A stretch of DNA of 64,000 nucleotides. Origin: the human T2T-CHM13v2.0 reference genome, Homo sapiens. This document shows, piece by piece, positions 48,762-64,000 of the stretch. The notes under the pieces are model-generated. The model was not told the origin of the DNA and made no database searches. It saw only the letters and a list, made by a program, of their open reading frames with translations. The stretch lies in NCBI RefSeq assembly GCF_009914755.1, contig NC_060947.1; one strand, 5' to 3'. Both the position numbers and the translations under genes were made by a program. The first letter of the stretch is position 1, and each line of letters opens with the position of its first letter.

Positions 48762-50289
48762 AGAGAGGCAAGAGCCAAGACGGAAAGAGTCACAAATGAC
48801 AGGGAGTTGCCCCTGTGTCTGGACAGTACTGAAAATGATGTTCACAACCGGGGCCCCTGGCAAACAGGCTTCAAGTCCCACCATCATCACCTGCCGTTAA
48901 TTCTCCCACATAGTTTCTCGAATGTTGATTAAACATCTACTCAGATGACTGAAACCTAAGAGTGCCTAGTCCATGTTTTAGATGGAATTAACAAAGGACA
49001 AAAGCAGCAATATTTCAGTCTGTATGACCCTGGAAAATTACGAGCATGCTCACATAGGTGTTATATAAATGTAAAAGACAAAGAATAATTCAAAGTCTTA
49101 AAGAACATACAGTGTAGTGGAGACAGACTAAAAATAAAATATTACTGTATAGTGAGATAGGGACAAGCATGTAATTACTAGTTAAAAAGAATGACTTTTT
49201 TCCCAGCGGGCTTTATGTTGGGATAGGATGGATATTCTGTTAGTAAACAGCATCATTATTGTGGAAGCTTATGAAATCAAATCTTCAGATAACTTATCAA
49301 CGTCTGCTTGATAATTTGTGACGAAGTACCAGTTATTAAGGAATGAAATTATGTGAAAAATATGGATCTGGCAATCACTCTAAATAGGACTCCTCAAATA
49401 AAATCTATTATGTTATACATTTCCCTATTCTCTGCTTTTGTTTGACTTAACCTCTGGGATGTTGACACAGGTGATTAGGGATTATTTGCAACAATATTGA
49501 GAATATCTCAGACATGGTATGTGTGTGAAAGGTTTGCTAGGATAGGTTGCAGTCAGCACTCGAATTGTGGCTATGCTTTATTTTATTTAAATTATAATCT
49601 ACGATCAAATTCAATCTATAAAGAATAAGTGGTCAAATGGAAATTACATAGCTTAAAAAACTTGGATGAGAGTTAGGTACTACTACTGGTATATATTCTC
49701 CAGCAAGGATCTTTTTGTTACATCTGATTGAAATTTCTCAGTTTCTACAAATTTGATTTCATTATTTGTAGCCTCTTATCTTCTATTTTAAGACTCCTAT
49801 AGAACAAGCTTTTCATTTGAGTTCCTGTATCCTGGATTCAGACTTGAAAAACCTCTTTTGCTAAAGAAACATGGGCTCTTCAGGAGGATTCTGGAACCCC
49901 CAAGGGCACTTCAGATAACAAAAACATACATTAATTCTCTTTGGAGTCATGCCCCATCTCTGACAAGTAACCTGACTGCAGGGAGAAACTACCCAATGTC
50001 AGGCCTCAGTACAAATGTTTTAAAAAACATGTTGCTGTTTAATAATTTACTAAATATAAAACCAACAACCTCCATACAGGGTTAGGAGGTCAGAAAAGAA
50101 ATTTTCCAATTAGTTACAGAGAGAAGCTCCCTAGAAGTTTGAAACTATGCTTGGTGGTAAAGGCATTAGAGTTGAAGATGTCCAGGAGAGGAAAAATGTT
50201 TTTATGTTTTTGACACCAAGAGACAACAAAATGAAATCAAATTTCTTCATCTTTGGGAAACGGGTACCTTGGTGATGACAAAGGCCCAT

Positions 50290-50760
50290 CCACAGCTGTT
50301 AATGGGGCTAAGTGAGGAGACAGTGACTACTAGAACTGACAACATGACTCACTATGCCTAGAATGCCTGTACAATGTGGTTTATGCTGAATACCTGCATT
50401 CCTTCTGGGGGTCTAGCATTTTCATATGTGCTGGACAGAGGTTGCCTTCATAACTAGCCCCCAATAAACCTGTGCCAATTAATAATTTAATAATATCCCC
50501 CGGTAGACAACACTTCATATGTGCTGTCACAAGCAATACTGGAGGAATTTTGTACATCCTGAGTGACTCCACTAGAGAACTCCTGGAAGCTTGTGTCTGG
50601 TTTCCTCTGAACATCGCTCTATGTGCCTTTTCCCGTTGCTAATTTTGTGTTGTATCCTTTGACTGTAATAAATCACAGCCCTGAGTAACAATATATGCTG
50701 AGTCCTATGAGTCCTTTTAACAAATTACCAAACTGGGAGGTTATCTTGAAGATCCTCAAT
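50290..50760 (+). mobile_element. ERVL-type LTR (MER68/MER21-like)
   Basis: Motifs ctggaagcttgtgtctggtttcctc and gtaataaatcacagccctgagtaac...gctgagtcctatgagtcct. Boundaries are approximate. Confidence 0.6.
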
Positions 50761-50805
50761 GCATATGGGAAAGACATTTCAGGACTTGTTCAGGAAGAGC
50801 TACAA

Positions 50806-51112
50806 TTTTCTTTTCTTTTCTTTTTTTGAGATGGGGTCTCATTCTGTCAACCAGTTTGGAGAGCAGTGGCATGATCACAGCTCACTGAAGCCTTGACCTC
50901 CTGTGCTTAAGCAATCCTCCCACCTCAGCCTCCCAAATAGCTGGGAGCCTCCCAAGTACAGGAGAATGCCACCACACCTGGTTATTTTTTTTAATTTTTT
51001 TATTTTTTTGGTAGAGACCAGGTTTTGCCATGTTGCCCAGTCTGGTCTCAAACTCCTGGGCTCAAGCAATCCTCTCACGTTAGCCTCCCCGAGTGCTGGG
51101 ATTATCGACCAC
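50806..51112 (-). mobile_element. Alu (AluJ-like)
   Basis: Antisense diverged Alu. Confidence 0.9.
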
Positions 51113-52651
51113 GATTTCCTTTTTAATCTTTTGGTAACTCAACTGACTAGGCCATGTTGTACCATAAAGGGTAGCAGTGATAGAAAGTGAAGGACTAAGA
51201 ACAACACTGAAAAAACAATAGCACAGATAATAAGCATTAAGTATAAAGAAGGTTTGCATAGTCACACAAATAAGTTTCAGTTGAGAAAAGGAACCATAGT
51301 TGGAATTTAGACATTAACGTTTATGAAAAAAAGTAAAAAGAAAACATCAGGAACTTAGAAATCAAATTATATTAATGTAAGAAGTAAAAACTTAGGGAAC
51401 ACAGGGTGAAACTCCAAGTTAATAAATCATAAACTCAGAATTCTGAAAGTTTCCTTCTGCCACTGCAATGTCTAAAGCTGCCTTTGGAATAACACCACAT
51501 TCCACCAGAAACCATGTAAAATTATATCCTCTGAAAAGAATAATGGCATTCATTTATTTATTAACTCAACACAAATTTATTGAGTAGCTATTCTGTGCCA
51601 AGCCCTGTTTCAAGGTGCTAAGGATACAGAAGTAAACAAAACAAAACCTCTGCCCTTCAATAAAGCTCAATATATGGATCATTTCATGACTCGTAACTAA
51701 ATGAGTTTGAGATCAACAGAAAAGTATGCCATCCTTGATCTTGGCACAGGAAAAACAATAATTGTGGAAGATCATATTATTAGAAATGTACAATGCTTTG
51801 CAGGTTTTCTAGGACAGTACTGAGGAAAGTCTTCGATGATGAGTAGAAATGGTAAATTGGATTATGAAATAATTAGATCTAATAAGAACAAGCTGACACT
51901 GTATAAAACTCTGAGAAACCTCAGAGGGAACAGAAAGATACTATGAGGAATGCTAGATAACAAGGTCATTAAAAAGTAATTATAATATATGTACATTGTC
52001 AAGAAGTTATGCCTGATTTTGTAAACAGAAATAAAAGAAATGATATAGGTTGATGAAAACCAGCTTACATCTTGGTTATCATTCATATCACCTATCACAA
52101 ACTGTTATTGCATTGAAAACCTCCAAATATATGGGTAGTAGATTCCAACTTGTTGACATAAAGACTCATCATTTTCTACAAAGCTGATATCCTTAGAATG
52201 CTTGCACGCATGAACAGCAGAGGTTGTTCAAAATGATGGCATCTGAGTCAAATTAAGTCTGCAGACATGTTTTGATTGCCTTGCATACTAATGTTTTTTA
52301 TTCGTAAAGTATTTCAAATATAAAGACAAAAAGGTGGGGGGAAGCAAACACCCATGTACTAATCATATTTTAATATCATGCTGTATTTCCATCAGATCCT
52401 TTTTATAAAGAAATTAAATACTGTAATCAATTCCTCTCTGGACCCACATCCTTCCCTCTCCAGAGACAACCACTATCATAAATTCAATCTTTATCATTCA
52501 AATACATGCACATACCCATAAATGCATTTTTTAGCAGGTTTTTACATTTAATCCAAATGGTAATAAAATGTTTGAATCCTTCTACAGCTCACTTTGTTTA
52601 GTCAAATTATGTTTCGATACTTACACATGTTTGATACATCTTATTTTAGTT

Positions 52652-52865
52652 CAGAGGTTGGCAAACTTACCACCACTGGGCCAAAATAGGCCTTTACCTG
52701 TTTTTGTAAATATTACTGGAACACACCATTTTCATTAGCTTATTGTCTACAGCTGCTTCCATATTACAACTGCAGAACTGAGAACTTGAAACAGAGACCA
52801 TACAGACCTCAAAGTCCAAACTATTTACTAACTGACCCTTTACAGAAAAAAATTGTCAACTCCTA
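52652..52865. mobile_element. MER58-like MITE
   Basis: TIR-like ends cagaggttggcaaac / aattgtcaactccta, and similarity to 2071-2281. Confidence 0.7.
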
Positions 52866-55800
52866 TAATAGTTTATTCATTATATGGCATCGTATTTTAA
52901 AAATTAGAATTAACTGCTAGCATTGAAAAATTAGTTTTCATACAAATATCTGGATTCCAAACGTTTCTTGAAAAATCAGAAGCTCTGGCAGCATAAAGTC
53001 CACATTCTAGTAAGGCTAGTGTGTGGAAATTTTTAAGACATGGCTGCCCTCTTTAGGCAGAGTATATGCTCTACAGATCACTACAGTCCTTAACCAGCTT
53101 AAGTGATTCATTCACTTGCCTGTCCTGTGGAGGCCTGTGATATCCACCAGTTTTCCTTTTGTTGTGTTAATAATATAAATATTAGTTAATTAGTGAGATA
53201 ACTGGATTACAACAAGTGAATCTTTATCAGGAATAGAATAAAAAGAAAGACCAAACAACATACCAACCTTATCTGAGAACCTGACTTTGTACTTTATTTT
53301 ATATAAAGCTGGCCAAGAGTTAATTTGTATACTCTGGGATATGGATTAATACATCTGACCCTTATCCCAAATTTAAAAGTATCCTGGCTCCACCTGACGG
53401 TGATAAAACAGATTACCCCGATAATTAGGTCAGCAGAGGGGCCTAGGAAAGCTTCTTGAAACTTTCCATAAAAGGTCCTTGATATTGAGAGTTCTTGGGA
53501 TTAATGTATTTGCCATGCCATAAATGGAAAGTACACTCCTCTTTACAAAGACCTCAGATGCTTACCACAGAAAGATTATGGTTACCTCAAACTATCTTTG
53601 CAGGTGTGTGTGTTTGTGTGTGTCTGTGTGTGTACACAAAGGCGTGTGTCTGTGTGTGTACACAAAGGCAAACATGTTCACAAGCAGGCATGCATCCACA
53701 CACAAGTCTGTGTACATATATGTACATATGGCAACTGAAAATTGGAATACTGTATGATTAAAAACAGAAATTCTATGTTCATTAGTACTTCTCCTAAGAT
53801 CTCCATAAGGCCTCATAGTTCTACAAAGTATATTTAAGAAGATGACTGAAAGAACATGAGTAACATGTTAGAACTGCAAGACCCCTTCACCCTCCAAGCC
53901 CATGCCTGTCCACTCAGGATAAGTAAGCTACAACGGTTTCAAGGTGTTGTGGGAGAGGTCTTTCTTCATAAATGTCCTCCCTAACTAGATCTACTCTAAC
54001 AGTAGGAATTAGAAAGGATGTCATTCAAGGAGATCCCCAAGTTGGCAGGAATCAACCCCAAGGATAACCTTAGTGAAGGAAATGGGATAAGGAATCATAG
54101 AATTCAGTGTGATTGGGAGAGAGTCATATAAAAGCAGTTCCCAGTTTGCCTTGATCATACACTTGATATGAGGAACACAGTTCTTGATTTCTATGTCTCT
54201 GCTGAATATTTGTTTGTAACAGGTTTTCCTGATGTGCTAATAATATGAATTAGCCTTCACAGAATAAAACTGAGATTTCTTAAGCTTCCTGAAATAGAAA
54301 ACAGCTTACAAGATGAACAGGAGATGATAAATCCCCACTTACTTGCTGAGTGACTTAGGGCAAATTATTTGATTTCAATGACATGAGGTAAAAAATAGCA
54401 CCCAGTTTATAAGAGTTATGAGAATTAAATAAGTTCATAAATGCAAAAAGCTTAGACTTTGGTACTCACTAAACACTATATAAACATTTGTTACTATGAA
54501 TGATGATAATAATGTTGCTATTCCTGTTATCATAAAAATGTAAAGGAAGTTATGATGATGAAATAGAGCCTAAGAATCAATGCGTGGATAGTCAATGCCT
54601 TAAAAGAATCGTTTTAACATCAATTTGATTAAGCTTCATGGCTAGCTCCAAAAATTAATGGTTTAACATGACCTGTGGCCTGTTTTCCTGTAATCAAGGA
54701 TCTCTAAAGAATTTGCTTTCTATGTGAGCTCCTATGCTTTTGACTTGAGCACCATCTCTCAGTAAGGGAAATGAAGGTTTCCTGAGAGATCTGTTATTTC
54801 CAGTTATGAGAAAGGAAGAAGAAAGGCTAAGTGCTATGGACTGTGGCTTGAATGAGGAAGTGGGATTTTAAATGACATTGCTAGAAGACACTAAGACTGG
54901 CTTATGGGAAAGGAGAAAGCAGATCATTAATAAAAAATGCCAGTGATGGAAGGAAGATGATGACAGGCAATGAGATTTGGAAAAGTGAACATGGAACAAG
55001 AAAAAAACCACAAAGGATGTTAAAGGATACGATAATATGATAACACCATAAAAAAGAAGAGTTAGCAATAAACTTGTATACTATCCCAAAGCTAGTCTGT
55101 TCTCCTTGCTAGTATCAGGGTTGTTTATGCCAACACTGTACAGAATGCTCTTTATGAAATTGGAATTTTTCTTTTCCAGCCTGTGTTATCATATCTCCTC
55201 AGGGCTGCCAGTGGAGACCAAATGAACACTAAACTTCACCTTCTGAAACCAATTTAGTGAAACCTGTTATCCCCAAAGACCTGCTCTGGGAAGGGCTTTC
55301 CAGCAGCTGAGAGCTCAAATGGTAACAAGCAGAATATGAGGAGGAAAATGCAAATAAAATTGAACAAGCTGAGACGGCTGAGCCCATAATGAAAATGAGG
55401 AAAAAGGGCAAGTTTATTATGATCTGAGTTATATGAAATGGACATTTCAAAGTAGCCGTAAAGAGCACATTATTATTAGGAAGTAATCACAGTAACTGTT
55501 AAGAACTCACACATCAATGATAATAAAAATCACAAAGGGCTAAACAAAATCATGATAGATATCTTCAGATATCCAGGGCCCACATCCCACTGCACAAAGC
55601 AAGCATAATGCCTTGGGCCCAGGATACTGTTAGAGGTTCTGTAATGTTTTAATTTCTTTTAAAATCAGAAGAAAATATGAATACAAGACAGCCTGTAAAA
55701 TATTCATCTCTATAGCAATGTAGACAGAAAATAGAATTATAATATTTTCATGGAAATTTTTAGTATTTCTGAAAGATATTTTAATATCTTTTATGTAGCA

Positions 55801-56289
55801 AAATTTTTCATGGCCCACAAAACAAAAGTACCTATTGCCCATGAAAGCCATAATGTGGTCCTGCAGATACTTTGTCAGAATTCCCAAATTCAGAAATGTC
55901 ATTATGAAGAATAACAAAGCCATATCTGAGATATGTATTTTAAGGACTCTGCAAGACTCATTCCAATAAATGACTCCTTGCTCCTGCAGCTTTCATAATT
56001 CAACCAACCAAATGAAAAATCACCACATACACTGACCTTTCCAAATCCCTTGCAAATAGTCAAAATAACAATTATCACATCTTTGAGTGGAAGGCTCTAA
56101 TGAATATGAAGCAAACCAATTTATGAGAAGTTTTACCAAAGTTTTAGCTAACAAGCATTAAATTAACCTCCATGGTAGATATGAAGCTACTGACCTGAAG
56201 TCTCAAGATTTTCCATGACTATGATTTTTCTCATAATTAGTATCATTTATATATACCCTGTCTTCTCCAGTTGTGAAGGAAAAATAAGA

Positions 56290-57130
56290 TGAACAAGAAC
56301 ATATCAGCAAAGAAGATATACAAATGGCCAAAAGCACATGAAGAGATGCTTGACATTAATCTGTAGGGAAATGCAAATCAAAACCACAAATAGATACTGC
56401 TTTACACACACAAGGATGGCTATAATCAAAACACTAGAAAATTAGAAGTGCTGGTGAGGATATGGAAAAACTGGGATCCTCATACATTGCTGTTGGGAAT
56501 GTAGAATGGTTCAGCTGCTATGAAAAACAGTTTCATGGTTCCTCGAAAACTTAAATATGAAATTGTCATATGATCCTGTAATTCTACTCCTAGTTATATA
56601 CCAAAAAAAAAAAATTTAAAACAGACACTCAAACAAGTACATGGACATTGATGTTCATACCAGCACTATTCACAAGAACTAAAAGGCGGAAACAGCTCAA
56701 ATGTTCATCAATGGATTAATGGATAAACAAAACATGGTATATATAAACAAGGGAATATTATTAACTATGACAAAGCATGAAAAACTGAACATGCTACAAT
56801 ATGGACAAAACTCATAAACATTATGCTCAGTGAAAGAGGCCTAACATAAAATATCACATATTACACACCACACAGAATCATCTAGATATGGGTGAGATAT
56901 CCAGAACAGGGAAATTTACAAAAAAAGAAATAAGACGGGTGGTTACCAGAGTAGGAGAAAAACAGGAATGAGGAGCAAATGCTTAAGAGAAATGGAGTTT
57001 CCTTTTAGGGTGAGGGAAAAGTTTTAGCATTAGATAGAGGTGGCAGCTGCACAACACTGTAAGGGTATGATATGCCACTGAACTTTTACTTGAAAATAGT
57101 TAATATATGAATTCCACCTCAATAAAAAAA
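56290..57130 (+). mobile_element. L1MB-like 3' end
   Basis: Runs from gaaatgcaaatcaaaaccaca to the 3' terminus ...cacctcaataaaaaaa. Confidence 0.8.
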
Positions 57131-57932
57131 GAATGTCACACTGAAATATGTAAGAATCATTCTGTACAGTAATCTTGAAGAAAGGGTACATAATGTACGG
57201 TTGAGTGGGAAAAAATGGAACATAATAATAAGTTGTGAGCACAAATCTAACCTATCATTATTTTAATATTAAAATTCAACAGCAAAAGCTTGTACAATAA
57301 TGAATAAGATATTAACAATTAAACCTACATCTGAGTATCTGAGAACATGAACTGGCATTTGTTTACTTAAGACTAAAGTAGATGAAAAGGTAATAGACAG
57401 ATGAGTACACTTGGGCTTGCCAAGTGTTGACTAATGAAATGGATTAGCAAATATAATTAAGCAAGTAGAGTCAGCAAAGTAAAAAGATTCTAGGACTTTG
57501 AGGAATAGTTGTGAAACTATAACTTTTTTAAGCCATTTCATCTAAATTACCTCCCAAAGAGGTGAGGCCAGGAGAAATTAAGTAACTCAGAAAAATTTGT
57601 ACGGAAGAGTACCTACATATTTGTCAGTAATAGAATTTTGTGATTAAAAAATGAGTCTGAAATTGGAATTCTATGTCCATTATTATTATAACACTTCTTA
57701 TTTATTAATTCACATTGGCAGAACTTATTGAAATATACATGTCTCTCTATCTCTCTGTGTGTATGTAAAATTTATTTAGTGGAAGAAAAGAAAGTACTTG
57801 AATCATATTTAAGTAAGGAACTAGATTAAGAAGCCAAAAATGCAGGACTATGACACCACCTAAGGGAAAAAATGTCAGTAAACAGCACACAGTGTAACAG
57901 TGGCTTCAGGATTCAGACACCTGCCTAGAGGC

Positions 57933-58135
57933 CAGAGGTTGGCAAACTTTTTCTGTAAAGGGCCACATATACACTTTAGATTTTGCCCGCCATATAGTTT
58001 TTATCACAATTATTTACCTCTACCATTGTAGGAGAAAAGCAGCCATAGACAACAAGTAAAAGAATGGGTGTGGCTATGTTTCAGTAAAACTTTTATTTTA
58101 CAAAAACAGGCAGCAGATAATAGTTTGTCATCGTA
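57933..58135. mobile_element. MER58A-like MITE
   Basis: Reads cagaggttggcaaactttttctgtaaagggcca...gcagccatagacaa...tagtttgtca. Confidence 0.75.
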
Positions 58136-58582
58136 TATTCAAGAGGTCAGCTGGCTGGAGAGCATGCCTTTCCAGTCTTAGTAGGTATGAGTCAATTGAG
58201 GCTGAAAGACATATCGAGACCCATCCTCCAACAAACCATCATGAAAATAAAATGATGCTGAGCAAGGAAAGACCTTAAACTTCATAGGCAGTAACATTCA
58301 ACCTGTTATGATTTTATCAACAGTTTTTAGTCCACCCCTGGATGAGGTGAACCCAGCATTGACAAGTCCTGCACAGGGGCAGCTAGATGCTGCTAAAAAA
58401 GTCACACAACAGGTAAGACTGGTGTCACCATATATTCACAATCAACAATCTCCCCTGGGCATTTAACACCTTCTAGCAAGTCTGTGTTCTCAGGTCAATG
58501 TACTCCTTCCCTCCCTTGAAACGGTTATTTCAAACTTCCTCCAATTTCCCAAGACCTGAAATCCCTCACATCTTTACTTCCT

Positions 58583-59007
58583 TGTATTAGTCTGCTCTCG
58601 AACTGCTATAAAGAACTACCTCAGACTAGGTAATTTATAAAGAAAAGAGGTTTAATTGGCTCAGGGTTCCACAGGCTGTACAGAAAGCATGGCAGCATCT
58701 GCTTCTGGGGAGGCCTCAGGAAACTTATAATCATGGTGGAAGGTGAAGGGGAAGCAGGCGTGTCTACATGGCCAGAGCAGAAGAAACAGGGGTGGGGTCA
58801 GGGGGTGCTACACACTTTAAAAACAACCAGATCTTGCGAGGACTTACTCACTCACTATCACAAGAATGGCACTGAGGGGATGATGCTAACCCACTCATGA
58901 GAAACCATCTCCATGATCCAATCACCTCCCATGAGGCCCCACCTCCAACATTGTAGATTACAATTCAACATGAGATCTAGGTGGCAACAAACATCCAAAC
59001 CATATCA
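58583..59007 (-). mobile_element. MaLR solo LTR (MST family)
   Basis: Termini tgtattagtc ... ccaaaccatatca, with the internal motif aagaaaagaggtttaattggctca. Confidence 0.88.
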
Positions 59008-59253
59008 CCCCTCTCAGCAGGTAGCCTTACCATACACTTCATAGAGAAGGCAGAAACCACCATACAAACACGTCCTTCTCTTTTCTTTCCCAAATTGACA
59101 AAGTTTCTTGTGTTTACTAAAACCTCTCCTCTTAACCTCCTGTTACAATGAAAGAGGAGGCCATCCTCCTATCAAAGGCTCATCTCTCAATAAGTGCTCC
59201 ACATCTCAGACCCTTTCTTCATTGTCCTCAGAACCTTATCCTATTTTTTTATT

Positions 59254-59542
59254 CTTTTTTTTTTTTGAGACAGAGTGTAGCCCCGAGACTGGAGTGCAGT
59301 GGCAAAATCACAGCCCACTGCAGCCTCGACCTCCCCAGGCTCAGGTGATCCTCCCACCTCAGACTCCCAAGTAGCTGGACCACAGGCACATGCCACCATG
59401 CCCAGCTAATTTTTGTATTATTTGTAGACACAAGGTCTCACTATGTTGTCCAGGCTGGTATGGAACTCCTGGACTCAAGTGATCCACCTGTCTTGGCCTC
59501 CCAAAGTGCTGGGATTACAGGTGTTAGCCACCCCACTTGGCC
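59254..59542 (-). mobile_element. Alu (AluJ-like)
   Basis: Antisense Alu with a T tail. Confidence 0.92.
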
Positions 59543-59637
59543 TGACCTTACCCTATTGATTCCCTCTTAATATCTCCATCCACTTCTAATCTGCTAGCTC
59601 CTTACGGTCAGCAAGTAAACATGCTCATGTTGACTTA

Positions 59638-60660
<1,023 letters not shown>

Positions 60661-61660
60661 GTGGTCATACACTGTAGCCCTGGACTACTATTTTGTTTCT
60701 ATTACCATTAAAGAATAATATTAACATTTTTCAAAATTATATGTATACAGGTTATAGATCTTTGATTTTCATTCCATAATATTAAAGGAGGAGTTACCAA
60801 ATGTTCGTTATAAGAGAAGGACCTTATGTCTAAAAAGGTTAAGAAACACTGCTGTAGACAAAGAACAACATTGGCAGCAATTTTATTAACAATCATGAAA
60901 ATAATAGCAGCTAATATTTACAGAGTGCTTACCATATGCCAAACATTGCACTAAGTGCTTTCTGTGAATTATTTCAGATGTTCCTCACTATAACTCTATG
61001 ACATGGGCACTATTATTTTCCCCTTTCACCTGTGGAGAAAGAGAGGCTCAGACAGGAGAGCCAACTAGACTAGCAGCATAACTAGCAGATGGCAGGGACA
61101 AGGTTTTAAGGCAAGTATCTAGATTCCAGAGCCCCTTTCACCTATTCAGGCATGGTGTTGCCACCAAAACAACACAGCAGAATCCAAATAAATATATCAC
61201 CTAAGGACAGCTCATAATTTGTGAGGACTGATAAGCAAATATGTTAATAAATTCTGCCAGCTAAAATTATATCGATTCTTCCTCATCTCTCTTGGAATAA
61301 TTCTCTCATATTTAATGTTTGACACAGAATGCAAATACCGGGATCATAAATGTGAAGGATACCTTTTTAGATAGTGCATTTTATAACTGGTCTACTATGA
61401 TTCTTATTTTGAAGTCACAGTTCTTAGTCCTTTCTTTACAAATAGAATATAAATTCCCACAACTTTTCAGATTGCTGGAAAAGGTTAGAAGCCATAGCAA
61501 TTTAGAAATGGTCAGGTCAATACGTCTATGTATTTCATATTTTCTGTGAAAGGTCAGAGGTTACAGGTATTTAAAATTGTAATACTGTTATCCCTATGGT
61601 TTTATGGATTTATAAGAAGGACCAAAGCATAAAAGAACATTAGCAGAACAATAGTACACA

Positions 61661-61662
<2 letters not shown>

Positions 61663-61696
<34 letters not shown>
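61663..61696. repeat. (CA)n microsatellite
   Basis: Seen directly, about 17 units. Confidence 0.95.
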
Positions 61697-61699
<3 letters not shown>

Positions 61700-62120
61700 A
61701 ACGGAGTAGCAGAGATTTTTTTTAAGTCTATTAAAGGTGAAGTCTATGCTGACCAAGTTAAGTAGTGTAGAAATCGGGAGTAGAGCCAGGTGACAAAAAG
61801 CATGCTAGAGGGTGCAAAGCACAGTTTTTATTAGACAAGCAAGATCAAGTAGAGAGGCAAAAATCAGTTTCAAGTGAAACTGCAAAATTCTACCCATCCC
61901 AAGAAAAGCAAATATAATGACCAAGTTAAGGAAGAATCAGAATGAATTTTAAAACTGTTCTGAAGTTGTGTATTAGAGAACATAAAGGCACAGATCACTA
62001 CATAAATCAGTGGTTCTCTCATCTACAGTTTTGGCACACAAAAAAAGGAAAATGAAAAATTTACGTCAGTTGCTCTCAGACTTCAGTGGACATGATAGTA
62101 ACCTGTATACTCAAGCTACC

Positions 62121-62421
62121 TGATATGATTAGCCTTTGTGTCCCCACCCAAATCTCATCTTGAATTGTAATCCCCATACTCCCCACATGTCTAGAGACAG
62201 ACCTGGTGGGAGGTGATTGGATCAGGGGGCAGTTTCCCCCATGCTGCTCTCCTGCCACCATGTGAAGAAGGTCCTTGCTTCCCCTTTGCCTTCCGCCATG
62301 ACTGTGAATTTCCTGAGGCCACCCTAGCCATGTGGATCTGTGAGTCAATTAAACCTTTTTCTTTACAAATTACCCAGTCTCGGGTAGTATCTTTACAGCA
62401 GTGTAAAAACAGACTAATACA
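62121..62421 (+). mobile_element. MaLR solo LTR (THE1/MSTA-like)
   Basis: Termini tgatatg...actaataca, with a perfect 5-bp TSD ctacc (62116-20, 62422-26). Confidence 0.9.
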
Positions 62422-63199
62422 CTACCTCTTCAGAAATTTTGATTCTCAGATCCCAGGATATTTAACAAACATTCCAGATGATTAAGACACAGATTGCCCA
62501 CCACCACATGTTGGACATACTCTGCCCTGTGTAGGCTGTGCTTCTGATATCTTACTAGAAAACCCAACCTGATAAGCAGCTTACAAAATGTGAAGACTGG
62601 GATAATGTAGAGAAAGAGTTCTTGTTTCTCTACAATAGGTTTCAAAGTAATGGTAAAACAGTTGTAATAACAGAGGTTATGGTATGGCAAGTACCAAATC
62701 TATTTTTTAAAGAAAAATACAAAGAATAAGAAGAAATTTCAACTGATAAGATAAAGCCATCTGAGTACCATACAGCAATTGAGTGTCCTTATATGTCTAA
62801 AATAGCAATGGCATGCCAAATACAGAGAAAATGTGTCAGCATCATCAATAACTACAAATTTCAGTTCAAAATATAACCATGGTATCAGGGAGGCCAGGAT
62901 ATTCATATATAATTAGGGGAAAGATATGCATTTCCCTACTTTATCAGAAATTTCTTAAAGAAAGATTAATAACATCCTTGCCTAAAGCATTGTTTCTTAA
63001 AGAAAAAAATCTTTCGGCAACCTAAATCAGAATCACTTGGATTGCTTGTTTAAAATGCAGATTATCATCTTAGTTCTGATGAATCAGAATCTCTGAAGGA
63101 AGAGGTAAAAAAAAAAAAAACACATCTCAGATTCTGGGTAATTTGAAAAAAAAAAGATAAAAAAAGAAAAAAGATAAAATAAATATAAAAATATAAGAC

Positions 63200-63540
63200 A
63201 TGCATACACACACAAACATACTGAAATATGAAATTCAGAGGCTTTTAGTATATTCACAAATTGTACAACTATAACCATAATTAATTATAGAACATTTTCA
63301 TCATGCAGAAAGAAAGCCCAAACCCTTCAGCAGTGAGTCCCCATTTCCCCTATTCCCCACCAGCCTGGGCAACCACTAATCGACTTTCTTTCTCTGTAGA
63401 TTGGCCTATTATGGAAATTTCATATAAATGCACTCAAACAACATTTGATCTCCTATCACTGCCTTCTTCCATTTAGTATAATGTTTTCAAGGTTCATTCA
63501 TGTTGTTATGCATCAGTACTTCATGCCATTTTATTGCAAA
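63200..63540 (-). mobile_element. L1MB-like 3' UTR fragment
   Basis: Reads ctgggcaaccactaatcgactttc...aatgttttcaaggttcattcatgttg, similar to 15800-16390. Confidence 0.7.
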
Positions 63541-64000
63541 AACAATATGACTTGAAAAAATTTACAAAATGTATCACATATGAAAGAAGAAATGAAGAGA
63601 CAACTAGATGCTTATTTCCAAAATCAAGCAAAATTAAGGATGTAATTTCATTTGTAGACAAATCCCGATAATTGAACTCTTGTTTATTGACAGCAAGTAT
63701 AACCAAAGGGAGTTTCTATAAAGACCCAAGATGCTTACAGTGCACATAGTATGTAGTAAAAATGATGACAATACCAGCAATGCTAGAAGTAACTCCATGA
63801 ATAGGAATAAAAGGTAAAAATTATGCCTTGAAAAGATGCCATGGTAAGGCGGACGACTTTTTGGAGTTGTGCTGTAAAGTAACCATATGCACACTTGGCC
63901 TAATTTAATCTGAATTTATATTAAATAAAATTTAAAATATATTTCCTCAGTTGCACTAGCTATCTTTCAAATCCTCAGTGACCACATGTAACTAGCATCT

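Noticed and set aside
48538-48900. 120-aa ORF with KERK repeats
   Set aside because: It is open only because of the (AAAG)n STR and purine-rich sequence.
53602-53670. Repeated tgtgtctgtgtgtgtacacaaaggc units, considered as an array
   Set aside because: Only two copies inside a (TG)n microsatellite, consistent with simple slippage. There is no repeat-spacer structure.

Overview
Primate (most likely human) X-chromosome DNA lying entirely inside OPHN1 (oligophrenin-1, BAR-PH-RhoGAP), which is transcribed from the minus strand. Four small coding exons of the RhoGAP domain (26051-26135, 19985-20043, 18662-18767, 3674-3833) have canonical AG/GT ends and splice in frame. Everything above 26135 is one very long intron. 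The rest is intronic and rich in repeats (L1, Alu, ERV1/MaLR solo LTRs, MER58, L2/MIR, microsatellites). The main points of interest are three. (1) An antisense AKIRIN1 processed pseudogene (about 39590-42145) has kept a CpG-island-like 5' end. On the OPHN1 strand this end carries an ATG and a consensus GTAAGT donor that are in frame with the next OPHN1 exon, so it is a candidate retrocopy-derived alternative promoter and first exon. (2) A young 5'-inverted L1 with a short 3' transduction and no TSD directly abuts the pseudogene. (3) An inverted, 3'-truncated U6 snRNA copy is fused head-to-head to an L1PA element inside one TSD, and that L1 also has a 298-bp internal duplication. Repeat subfamily names and OPHN1 exon numbers come from recall of consensus sequences, not from a database search, and repeat boundaries are approximate unless a TSD is quoted.
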